A stretch of DNA of 64,000 nt, taken from assembly GCA_964106915.2 (NCBI GenBank), contig OZ066928.1, one strand, 5' to 3'. Of this stretch, positions 24,701 through 36,173 are shown in pieces. The position numbers and the translations under genes were made by a program. How positions within the stretch are numbered: the first letter of the stretch is position 1; every line of letters starts with the position of its first letter. The DNA is from Podarcis gaigeae (taxonomy: Eukaryota). The notes under the pieces are model-generated. The model was not told where the DNA came from. It did no database searches and saw nothing but the letters and a program-made list of their open reading frames with translations.

Positions 24701-26796
24701 AAAGTTTCAGCATATGAATAGCACCACTGTTGCCACTAACCAGACTCTTGTGGGCATAGCTACAAAAGGGCTCTCACCCCCAAAGGTACTCTTCCATGGT
24801 CTCCTGAGACAGACGGATGCCAACAACAACAAAAATAGTTTGGGGTTGGTACATTTCTCCATGCACTTTTTTCTGCATTTTTAATTGTAGATATGGCCAC
24901 TGGCTCACTATGTATTGGTTCACACCCACTCTTTATGTAGTCCTGTGCTTGTGTGTATGTTCACATAGAGGAATTTTAACACTGAGTATGCGGTCAGACT
25001 TTTTATACACATTACTTGAAGTTCCACTGTCTTCTTCCTGCCCCCCCCAAAATCACACACTTCCTTATACCTACTCAAAGATGTGTTCAGTGAAGATCAG
25101 AAGATTCCCTACCAATATAGTTGAACTAATAAATAATTTCCTCAGAACCATTTTGGATCCTATGGCATGAATGTGGCAATTACTCTAGTAACAAATCAAA
25201 GCCTAAGTTAAAAGCAAGTCACAGCAGATGTGCTAAAGAAACTGTATTCCCAGGAACAGGAGTGTGCTACAAAGCCATGCTTGCTAGCTGCAAATGGATA
25301 TGAGAAATAATCACACGTTGCATCTCCAAGCACAGACATTAAAAGAAGGATGCTGCTTAAAATGTAATCTTCAGCACATGTGAGCACCTCCCATGCGCTA
25401 GAGTGAGTGGTTGCTATGGTAATGCTCTTTACTGAAGGGAGCCTAAAGTATGTAAAACCCATTTACTGATTAGCATGTAAAAAGTGCTTGAAAGCCACAC
25501 TGTGTGCTGGTTACAGGATCTCCTGGTCATAGATATCTGCAAGAGAGACATAGCCAGACTTACTTCTGGTCTGGCATATATGTTTATCTTACAGGTCTTT
25601 CAGACTTTGGAAGCAGGCTCCATTTTGATTTCTCCTAAGCAAGGCATCTAGATGTGGGACTTAGATGATATGGGTTAGAGCACTGGTAAGAAAATCTCAA
25701 GTGCAAGTGGTGCCACAAAGCAGGATTTTAAGAGCAAAAATCCTACTGAGTAGGAGGACCCATAAACACAGTAGGGCTGCCTTGCCAAATTGTTAAGCAA
25801 GTGAAATCATGCCCCGCTCCCCTAGTAACAGAGTTTAAAATTATTTAACAGCACAACAGCTATTGATCTTTTTTCTATGTATAACCATGCTACCACATTG
25901 TCACTGTTTCAGAACTTAAACTGCACTGCTTGCTGTAGAGTTGCCACAACTGTTCAACTCTTCTTCAACTGTGAAATTGCCAGAGACACTTCCCAACCTT
26001 TTCCCTCTGTCCGGGATTTCAAGTCACACCAGATTAGCACAAAGTGAACTAAGCTGCGGTATAGCTAGCACTGGAACATTCAAACCCTAGTTTGAATGTG
26101 TGACACTAGTCACATCTGTTTCATTCTAGAGTAGAAGCTGGAAGTTATTAATACTCCCCAGCTCAGCACAGAGTGGGGAGGGACTGTCCTTACCTATTCT
26201 TGCCTAAGAAAGGATTCTGGGATGAAAATGTAGGAACAGCTCTGAGTAAAACTACTTCAGAAGTGACAAAGAGAGTGATCTGCGAACAATGCAGGAACAA
26301 AGTGGCTAAGGCAATAGTGTAACTACAGCAACAAGTATTTCATCAATAGGAAATAAGAACCAGAAAAGCAGCAACATGGGTTACATTCCTCTGTAAATGG
26401 CTTTAGCAGCTAATAGATGATCTCATCCAAAAAGCAAAACCAACACTCAGATTCAAAGAGATCTAGTATATGAATTGTGAGGAAGCTCAAAGTGGAAGTC
26501 AAAGGGCTGGAAAGACTGGCAAAGTGATTGTCCTACAGCTACTCACACCTCACATCAGCCACATTGGTATTACCATCTGTTCCTGTGTTGTGAAGCTTTT
26601 CCCTTTCCTCCGTACCTAGGATTTTAAGTTACACCAGAGTAGCGCAAGTGAACTAAGTTTGCATTCTGCAATCATCTTATCAAATACCCATTTGCAAATA
26701 TTAAAATTCTGATTTCACTTTTTAAAGGGAAAATTAACACAATTTTTCACTACACAGTTTAAAAATAACTCTACTATTAATGCAGGGCCCTTATTT

Positions 26797-27040
26797 NNNN
26801 NNNNNNNNNNNNNNNNNNNNNNNNNNNNNNNNNNNNNNNNNNNNNNNNNNNNNNNNNNNNNNNNNNNNNNNNNNNNNNNNNNNNNNNNNNNNNNNNNNNN
26901 NNNNNNNNNNNNNNNNNNNNNNNNNNNNNNNNNNNNNNNNNNNNNNNNNNNNNNNNNNNNNNNNNNNNNNNNNNNNNNNNNNNNNNNNNNNNNNNNNNNN
27001 NNNNNNNNNNNNNNNNNNNNNNNNNNNNNNNNNNNNNNNN
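26797..27040. other. N-run, 244 bp
   Basis: Seen directly; flanks are AT-rich and unique. Confidence 0.98.
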
Positions 27041-27345
27041 ATAAAACAACAATACAGACGAGTATGAATGGTTTTTTTAATAAAAAAACAACAACCTTTC
27101 TTTCCTCAAAGCTCTTGAAGTGGACACTGACACTTTTGGAAGGTTTAGCAATTTCTCCACATCTTATATGATTTTTTAAAAATTTGACATTATAACCATA
27201 CATAAATCTAAGCCACATAACAAGAAGGGAGGCCTCTTTCTCCTTAAAAAAAATGAAGCTGGATCCTCTGGACAAGATGAGTAGCTACTGAAAAACAACT
27301 ATGGAGACAGAAGGCTACATTTCAAGTAGGAAGAATAGGCCAAAT

Positions 27346-27478
27346 AGGCTATTTTTTTAGAAAAAGAGGTGCTGCAACTCACCATGAACATCTCCTTCAC
27401 TCTCTTAGAATGGCAATGACACCCACCTGAGAGGTGCCAGAACTGAGCTCCTGTGAGTTCCCCTCGATAAAATCCCTG
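27346..27478. mobile_element. Short hAT-like MITE (related copy at about 14605-14673)
   Basis: gctattttt...aactcaccatgaac is shared between the two loci; this copy ends aaaatccctg. Confidence 0.55.
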
Positions 27479-28469
27479 CTAACCCAAGACTGTTTACCCT
27501 GTGCTGTGTTGTGCAGCTGTGTTGAAATAGCAATCGTTAAGTCACTAGAATCACTTCCTAGAAAAACTGACCACATTACAGGCCTAACATACTCTTAAAA
27601 CATTCAAACCTTAAGCCTGATTACTCAGAAGTAAGTCCCACGATATTCTGGTCAATGCATTTGACCAGGTAAGTGTTTGAAGTAAACTGTAAGCCCACCA
27701 GCAGCAAGATACAATAGTAGGGCTTGGCCGAAGCTAAAAAGACTTGCTGACTACAGTTTGAAAGCTTCCTGCTCAGGATTGAATGCTAAGACTTTAAAAG
27801 GGAACTGATGACTCCAATATCAAATTTACAAGCACTGTTGTTTTCCTCCACCTGCCAGAACCTGATGAAATATAGCACATTTATTATTTCAAGGAAGGGC
27901 TGAGACATACATGATAGTTCTAATAATTAAATACAGGAGTCAATCTATGTTTAACACATTTGTAAATGAGCTGTGGTATATGATGCTGTTGTAAAAAAAT
28001 TACCATTTATTGGTAATGAAAGGTAAAAATTAACAATCTATTCAGTCCTCACCCCCAGTCCTCCAATCCTAGAAGTTTAAGACTCTGAATGAACAGCAGA
28101 AATCATTGTGACCAAAAAATTTAAACCTCCTCTTCTCAATATTTTGGTGGTGGGTTATGAAATTAATACAACCGTGGCTATGATTACTTTTATGTCTGGT
28201 ATAAAATAAAAGGTGGGTGTGTATAACAAGGGAAAGAGCTGTTTCTTGAGCAGGACTTTTAAAAAAGACTCAAGCGTTCAGAATTTGTAGATCCATTTTG
28301 TTTTGTTTCCTTCATCTTTTTATTTATATTATTTCCCACATTTTATTTTGATGCAAACAAAAACATGGAGACTGAATCGCAAAACCAGACAAACCCCACA
28401 AGTCAAAAAGAGAAAATGGGGAGGTGGGTGAGGAAGAGAGAAAGAATCTAGTCTGCACCTTGGAAATTT

Positions 28470-28690
28470 TATGCAGATATATTGTCACCAACATTAACAT
28501 TATATCTCGGCGCCACGTATCAGGCAAATCAGATTTATATCACTGTCGTCTGCCGATCGCAGGTGCTCCACCACAGCTTGTCAAGACAGCCTGTCTGAGT
28601 CTTCACACGTCAGATAGAATCAGAACACTTGGTGTTTTGGTCTGTTGACAGCAATTTATTTTGATGCGTTGTCACAATATGGAATTCTTC
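28470..28690. promoter_or_regulatory. Candidate conserved non-coding element
   Basis: About 7 CpGs in about 170 bp of unique sequence, with TGACAG and several TGTCA (Meis/TALE) sites and agatttat. Confidence 0.45.
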
Positions 28691-29479
28691 TATGCTTGGC
28701 ACCAGGGTGCCAGGAAAGTCCTACTGTAGTTTTCTGGCTGCCAGATGCTACAGGTTTGAGAGTTAAGGGGTAAATCTGGATGCAGGAAGGGAAGAGGTAT
28801 TCTATTTTATTTTGAAATGCATTCTGAAGATTACATAGGAGAAGTCTGTATTCCTAACACAGTAAAAACTTAGTAGGGCCATGGAACTAAGGACTGTCTT
28901 CCCTCTGATGTTTCAGTAGTATCAAATACTGCAAGTTCACATGCTATTAGAACACTCCACATCCTTTTAAAGATCATGACATGTAATCTGGAGTTATAAC
29001 TTTAAAAAAGAAAAAAGAAAATATGGCTAAGTCCAGAGGGAGGGGCAATGTCTACAAGCTTTAGGTGTCAACTTCTGGAATTTTTCCATGACACCCTCCA
29101 TCTTGCCCCAGATCAACACCACACATACACTCAAAAATCACAATCAAGCTTGGTGTTTTAAAAATGTATTCATGGAAAGTTCCTACTACGATTTAAACAT
29201 ATATTCTTTGATATTCTAATTAAAGCTATGCAAAAAAATGTACTGCCAGTTTCAAGAATACCGTAGTAGTTACAGCTTAGATGACAGGATTCAAGTTTCC
29301 AGGATGACTAAAGATGGTTCAAAGAGAGCCAGTTTCTTATGCTTTGAACAGGCATCCTTGTGGAACTCAACACATCTAACAAAGTGTCAGAGGATATGCA
29401 GACTCATGTTTCGGAAAAAGTAGTTTTCTAATTGCTCCTGAATATAAAGCTGTACTCATACCATATCTTTAAAAAAATA

Positions 29480-30005
29480 TTTATGCTTTTCATTTTACAA
29501 CAAACACAAAACATAGATATAAATTGTTCCACACATCATATATTGACTCATCTCCGCTCCTTTCTGCGTTTTCTTATATTTATACTACTTTTTACTGCAT
29601 TTCCAAGTTAATCCTATGTATTATTTATCCCAGATGATCAATATATGTTTTCTGTTACTGCACGTTTTTACTTTAATCCTGCTGATGTTTTAATTTGTTT
29701 ACAATAATTTTGTAAATATTCAATAAATGGTTTCCAATCTACATTAAAACGTTTATCGTCTTGGTTTCTTATTGTTCCAGTAAGTTTCACCATTTCTGAG
29801 TATTCTAAAAGCTTCTGTTGAAATTCTTCTTTGGTCGGGACGTTTTCTTCTTTCCATCTTTAGACAAAAATCACTTGAGTGGCAGTGGTTGCATATATAA
29901 ATACTTTTTTATGTTGCTTGGGTAACTCTAGTCCCATAATTTCCAAAAGAAATTTGGTTTCTTAATAAAAGTTATCTTAAACATTTTTTTTCCAATTCAT
30001 TATAT
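29480..30005 (-). mobile_element. L1/Tx1 LINE 3' fragment
   Basis: The minus strand reads ATTATQVIF..RWKEENVPTKEEFQQKLLEYSEMVKLT, homologous to the 61816 ORF. Confidence 0.85.
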
Positions 30006-30505
30006 ATCTGCACTCATACTATATCTAGCATTGTCTGTTACACAAATGCCCACTTCTCTATAGACATATTATAATAGGTCTATGATAACCAATTTTTTAT
30101 CACTAAAAGTAAAGGCAACTCCCGTTTTGTGCAAGTTCAAAGAACACATGTGAACAGTTTTTGAATCTGGAAGAAGAGGGAACCGGGGGCACAGAGGGGG
30201 TGGAACAGGGCAGGTTTACTTACACACACACCGCTGAAGCATGCAATGACTCAGAATGCAAGCCCCGTGCAAATTGGGGGTTGCCTGTAGTTTGTTCAGA
30301 ACTGTTAGCTATGTTGTGGTTTCCCCAAAATTACCATTTTAAATGGGACCCCCACAAGGATTTCAAAAGGGCACACATCTCAAACACATTCTTCCTCCTT
30401 TGCTCAGAGAAGTGTTAAGAGTTAAGTATTAACTCTTAACCTTGAATTCAGAACAAAAAAAATTCCTTCCAGTAGCACCTTAAAGACCAACTAAGTTAGT
30501 TCTTG

Positions 30506-30543
30506 GTATGAGCTTTCGTGTGCATGCACACTTCTTCAGATAC
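30506..30543 (-). ncRNA. Identical minimal hammerhead ribozyme motif on the opposite strand
   Basis: Exact reverse complement of 30714-30751. Confidence 0.8.
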
Positions 30544-30713
30544 ACTGAAACAGAAGTTACCAGACCCTTCTATATAGTGAGAAGGTGGGGAGGGGTATTA
30601 CTATATAGGCTCATCACAGCTATCTGCCAATCACCCATTCCCACCACCCTTCTGAGTAATACCCCTCCCCACCTTCTCACTATATAGAAGGGTCTGGTAA
30701 CTTCTGTTTCAGT

Positions 30714-30751
30714 GTATCTGAAGAAGTGTGCATGCACACGAAAGCTCATAC
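30714..30751 (+). ncRNA. Minimal type I hammerhead ribozyme motif (PLE-associated)
   Basis: GUAU-CUGAAGA-A-GUGUGC(AU)GCACAC-GAAA-GC-UC/AUAC. The conserved CUGANGA and GAAA cores, stem II and stem I (GUAU:AUAC) are present; predicted cleavage is after C30747. Confidence 0.8.
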
Positions 30752-31469
30752 CAAGAACTAACTTAGTTGGTCTTTAAGGTGCTACTGGAAGGAATTTTTT
30801 CTGTTTTGACTATGGCAGACCAACACGGCTATCTATCTGTAACTTGAATTCAGAGTTCAGAATCCCAAGCTAGAGAGTAAGAGAGGACTGTTTTGGACTC
30901 AGGGAAGAGAACTGTATCATAAAGGAGACAGCAGCAAATACAGTATAAGGATAGCAATATGTACAGAAGCTTGGCATGCCTATCTAGATAATACAGCAAT
31001 CAGAATGTTGGTAGAGCACCTTGTGGGAAACGTCTTGTAGGACATTGCTAAGTGCACACAAGCACTGAAAGCTGAACAGCAGACCTCAAGATGCTAAGCC
31101 TCAAATGCAGCAGGCAAGACTAAACAGGATGATTCTTCAATGCCTGATTCAAACAAGGCTTTTAAAAGGAGAGAAGAAACTAGCTTAGACTGTCTGAAAG
31201 GAGGAACAAGTAATCACAGTCATCCCTATACCTTCCCAGGCATGGAGAAAAAGGGCTTGAGGTGCAAACAGCTCCCTTCAGATCTGACTCAGATGCCTAT
31301 GCAGCTCATTGACCCAGGGCTTGTTAAAAAGCCATGGAAGCTTATTTCAACACCAATGCTTGGCTTTAGAAAAGCATGAAGTAAAATGTTAATGTGCTTG
31401 CATTTGTATTTTACTGCCACCTTTCCCATAAAATTCAATTCCTATTTTACATGGACAGAAAAGAACATA

Positions 31470-31721
31470 CAGTGGTACCTCTAGATGCGAATGGGATTCA
31501 TTCCGGAGCCCCGTTCGCATCTAGAAGCAAACGTAACCTGTGTCCGCACATGGGCGGGCCACATTTTGGCATTTCTGCGAATGCGTGTGACGTCATTTTG
31601 AGCGTCTGCGAATGCACAAGCGGTGAAACCTGAAAGTAACGCGCTCTGTTACTTCCGGGTTGCCGCGGAGCGCAACTCAAACACGCTTATCCCAAAGCAC
31701 ATTCAACCCAAGGTATGACTG
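31470..31721. mobile_element. Tc1/mariner (Tigger-like) MITE
   Basis: TA-CAGTGGTACCTC...CAAGGTATGACTG-TA; CpG-rich. Confidence 0.85.
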
Positions 31722-32164
31722 TAATAGAAGTCATATCCTAATTCATTCTCCATCCATTCTCCATCCATGGGAAATTGACACATCTTCTACCAAGAGTTAC
31801 TTGGCAAGTCACCATCAATGGGCAAAGCAGCTTCAGTTCTCAGATGAATCACACTAGTAAAAATCAAACCCTTGGAATCTGGAACTGAGGATTTCCCTTC
31901 ACATGCACTAGCTTCTTCCTCTGCTTGGTGGGGATTTGACATGGTGATACTTCCTAGTGGCTAAAGAGTAATGGAACAGAATAATATCACACACTGCTCT
32001 GAAGACTAAGAATAAGAAACTAATTATGTAAAAACAGCAGTCTGCTGATTCTGGACTCTGGCTCTACCTAACTTTTTCTCTGATCCGTCTACAATTGGTT
32101 TTGACCCAATCTACCACCAGTGTATGGCCTCCCACAAAACTAAGTTTACCATTTGACCATGGAC

Positions 32165-32301
32165 AACTGGGTCAGTAAAGCATGGGCCTCTTAATCTCAG
32201 AGTCATAGGTTTAAGCCCCACATTGGGCAAAAGATTCCTGTATTACAGAGGTTGGACTGATTGATCCTTGAGGTCCCTTCCAACTCTACAATTCTGTGAT
32301 C
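32165..32301 (+). mobile_element. tRNA-Lys-derived SINE with CR1 3' tail
   Basis: ctcttaatctcagagtcataggtttaagccccacattgggc (tRNA-Lys-like) followed by ggtcccttccaactctacaattctgtgat (CR1 tail). Confidence 0.8.
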
Positions 32302-33347
32302 CCAGACTGTTTCGCTGTGCGTCATGCATTCTAGTTTTAAGCTCTGTTAAGGGAACTACTCTATTCGGTGTTGGGGTAGATTACTTCATACACTTTCCTA
32401 ACCAGCACTAACTAGGCTTATGGTGTAGGTGCTAACAAACTCTATCTCAGAAACATTACCCTTTAGGACGGTAAAAGAAGTAAATATGAGGCAATTCTTT
32501 TCAAGGGCTGACTGATTAAAAACAACCACATCACACACAAACCTTTCTAGAATCTATGGTAAGTTTCCTTTCCAAACAAGTTCTCTCTGTGGTTATTTGC
32601 TTCTTACTTTATGGGACTCCTGACATTTCTAATAAAGCTTCCAAAAAAAAAAAAAGCACAGTTGCACTGCCAGAAGATAACCTTTACATTTTACTCTTCA
32701 TTCATAATGAAAATTAAAGGGGCCTGGCCAGCATTCCAGAGAACTTTCAAGAGCACACACAAGCAAATGAAGCAACATAAGAAAGGAACAGCATTTACCA
32801 TAGACACAGCTTTGACTACAAGCAGGACAGTCCCTAGAATCACTTCACAACTTCTCAGGCATGCAAAGTGACACAAAAAGCACCTCCAAGCATACACCTC
32901 ATCATCTTTAATAGTTATTATTTCTACAGTACAGTAGAGTTTCCAAGATGCAGTGCATACATATCTTGTGATCCTTACAACAGAGGAATAAGAGAACTTG
33001 AGTGTTGTAGAAATCAAAGTTATGGACTAGCTAGGACTGTGGAGATCTGGGTTTAATTCAGTCATGAAATTCACTTGAAGTGCATGACTAAAGATCAGTG
33101 GCTTACTCCCGCAGACTAAGCAACCCTGTAAGAATAAAAATGGGTAATGGAAGAGAACTATGAATGTCTCTATGCAACTTCCCTAGAGCCACCTGGTAAT
33201 ATGACTGGGATAAAGTCTCCATCAGAGCCTTCCTGGTTTGGCACTAACCACTATGCTACACAACTGTAATGAGTGTCTTTATCTACACATTTCATATCAT
33301 CTTAAAATAAATTGGGCAAGGCCACAGATACCCAGGTTGATGAAGAG

Positions 33348-33943
33348 CAGGGTGGATTTGATTTAATTTAAATCACGATTTAAATCACTGGTCAGTAAGA
33401 CTTGATTTAAATCATTTTTTTTCTTTTTACAGAAAGGCATTCCTGCTGGTATAATCTTAATATTTACAACCAGATGAAGGTTTCATTTTTGGAATAATAA
33501 ATTTTCAGAGTAGTTTTTACAGTTATATAAAAAAATACTGATTTGGTTATACTATTAGAAATACATAGACAGATAATTATGAAATTATTGTGAGTTTGAA
33601 TAAGTTAACTGTTTATATTTGGGCAACTTTTCTGCTGTACTTTATTGAAAGAGAAAAATAATCATTTCCTTAATAACAATTTAAACAATTTATTTAACTA
33701 AAACAATAACACGATAGCATATGCATCCATGTTTGTAAACAACTGAGTTTCAGCACACATGAAAAACTTAAAACAAATCCTTATTTCCTGATGGCCTTTG
33801 GACTATAATATAACTTAAATAGAAAACTATATTTAGAAAGATTTTTTCCTCCAAAAGCATTTTATTTTAAAAATCCAATTTAAATTTAAAAAATGGTTTA
33901 AATTTTTTTAAAAAAATTAAATCAATGATTTTTATCCACCCTG
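33348..33943. mobile_element. AT-rich non-autonomous hAT element
   Basis: TIRs CAGGGTGGAT / ATCCACCCTG, imperfect 8-bp TSD ATGAAGAG/GTGAAGAA, and subterminal GATTTAAATC palindromes. Confidence 0.85.
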
Positions 33944-34460
33944 GTGAAGAAGGCTGTCTCCTTCTCTCTTCTTTCAATGCCTTGCTCAGATCTCCATCTC
34001 TCCCTTCATCTAAACTGCCTCATAGAAAATCTCAGTTTTTCCTAAAGAAACAATATACACGGGCAAAGCCATACTAACCACTGGAAACATCCAGGTGAAA
34101 CTTATTTATGAAGAAACAAGAATGCAATCATCTGACTGCAAAAAATGCAAACCCCTCAACATATGAAGACTTTGTAATTGCGGATTCTATAAAAAGAATG
34201 GAAACAAACCAAACAAAAACAAAATGTGAATAAGAGATGCAAATCAATACTGCATGGAGGCAAATCAACCGACATAAAAAGAAAGCTGTAATCTTGCATT
34301 CAAATCATAAGGAACATGTGATATGTTGAAGTGTGTCCCAGAAGCAGTGATTTCATACTTTCATACACAGGGCAAGAACGTAGGGTGCTAGAAAGAAAAA
34401 CGTCCCTATAAATGCCATTGTCTATGCTTAAGTAGAGCTAGACTAGGAAGTGTGCAGATT

Positions 34461-34602
34461 ATAGGGTTGCCATATTTTGAAGAGAGAGAAAAAAAGGACA
34501 CATTTGCAGACTTCTACTTTCAGCTATGGATTGCTATGATGACTCTCATTTTACATACCCATGAAAAGAGGACATGTCCTGGAAAAAGAGTACATATGGC
34601 AC
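34461..34602. mobile_element. Short hAT-like MITE
   Basis: tagggttgccatat...catatggcacc termini with internal aggaca repeats. Confidence 0.55.
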
Positions 34603-35956
34603 CAAGATACACAGAGACCCATTTGGCATTTATCCAGCTTCCAATCTGCTCTCATACACTATTGTGGGAGTTTAGGAAATGCACACCCACCCACCCTTTT
34701 TTGTCTGATGAAAGCTTATAATCCATAGGGTGTCATTTTACAAACCTGGAAGATCTGGCCAGCACTTAGGCTTATGTTGTCTTTCTGCTTCTCCAAGAGC
34801 ATCCCTCCAGATAAGGACTACAAAGGAAGGTAACTGCAGAGGAAATCCAGCAATTGCCTGTGACTTCTGCATTCCTGCCATCCCACTAAACTACTTGCTG
34901 CCTCAAAAAAAATAAGCTTACAAAAACTTTTACCCTACTATGGAGGTAGATTTATGGAAGATCTGTGTCTTATTTCTCATTTAAGGAGCCAAAGTGATAC
35001 CAGTGCCAGCCTGATGTACTTTATAAGGTCACAGTGACCTAAACACATAATAGCCCACAAGCGCTATGGAGCATTTCTCTCTCTGTAAAAATGGTTATAA
35101 CTGTTGTTGACTTGATTTACATCCTTTAATACAAAGGTAAGAAATGAAAAACTAATCTAGGCCAGTCCTGTCCTGTTATGGTAAAAGGGGCAGACACCAC
35201 TACTCAAGGAATTATTATCCATGGAATATATAGGAGCACAGAAGATTGCTAGAATGAAACAACCAACCAGCTAGCCACAGGGCCAGGGGCATGGGCACCA
35301 CACACCGGGGGGGGGGGGCAGGACAAGATGCCTGCAGGGGCAAGGTGAGGTACTGTGAGGTGGGGCGAGGTGCTAGCGGGAGGGATGGGGCAGGGCACAC
35401 CAGAATCCCAGCGCCTGAGCCGCATTCTGCTCCAGCGCCTTACAGGCCTGTGTTGCTTTTTTGAGGACCGTGGAGCCTTCAGGGGGTCCACCTGCTGCCT
35501 CCCCCTCAGCTGTAGGGTGGCTGAGGGGAAGGCAGCTGGCAGACAAAAGCCCCATGCTGCCCTTTCAGGCAATGCGGAGCCTGCAGACACCAGAGACACT
35601 GCATCACTCCCAGAAGAGATGCGTAGCTCAGGCGCAGTAAGTGCCGCCCCCCTGGTGTAGTGCTCAGTGTCCTCTGCCCCCACCCAGCTATGCCTCTAGC
35701 CAGCCAGCATAATCATAGTCTGAAAATGCTGAAGAACAACCCTTTTTGAGAATGGCCCTAGCTCTGCAGCAGAACATATGCTTTGTATGCAGAAAGTCCC
35801 AGGTTCAATCCCCAGCATCTGCAGTTGGAAAGATTTCCATCAGGGTAGACCATACATCAATAGTCCAATTCTAGTAAAGCAGCTTATGAATGCAAAAAGG
35901 TCCCAGGCTCAGTTCCTTACATCTTGAGTCAAAAGGATCAGTTATTAGGTGATAAT

Positions 35957-36173
35957 AGAAGAGAAGACTCCCTGGAAAAGACCCTGATACTGGGAAAGAT
36001 GGAGGGCACAAGGAGAAGGGGACGACAGAGGATGAGATGGTTGGACAGTGTTCTCGAAGCTACCAGCATGAGTTTGACCAAACTGTGGGAGGCAGTGGAA
36101 GACAGGAGTGCCTGGCGTGCTCTGGTCCATGGGGTCACGAAGAGTCGGACACGACTAAACGACTAAACAACAA
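35957..36173 (+). mobile_element. Bov-B (RTE clade) LINE 3' end
   Basis: RREDSLEKTLILGKMEGTRRRGRQRMRWLD...WRALVHGVTKSRTRLND* followed by an aacaacaa tail; this is the diagnostic Bov-B/ART2A end. Confidence 0.95.

Larger units (their letters stand above)
30453..30842. mobile_element. Penelope-like element (PLE) remnant with inverted pseudo-LTR structure
   Basis: Perfect 146-bp inverted repeat (30457-30602 / 30655-30800), PLE-type end ttggtctttaaggtgctactgg...gcagaccaacacggcta, and TSD CTTGAATTCAGA (30441-30452, 30843-30854). Confidence 0.88.

Noticed and set aside
32165-32230. tRNA-Lys-like sequence as a tRNA gene
   Set aside because: The arms are degenerate and it is fused to a CR1 tail, so it is a SINE.
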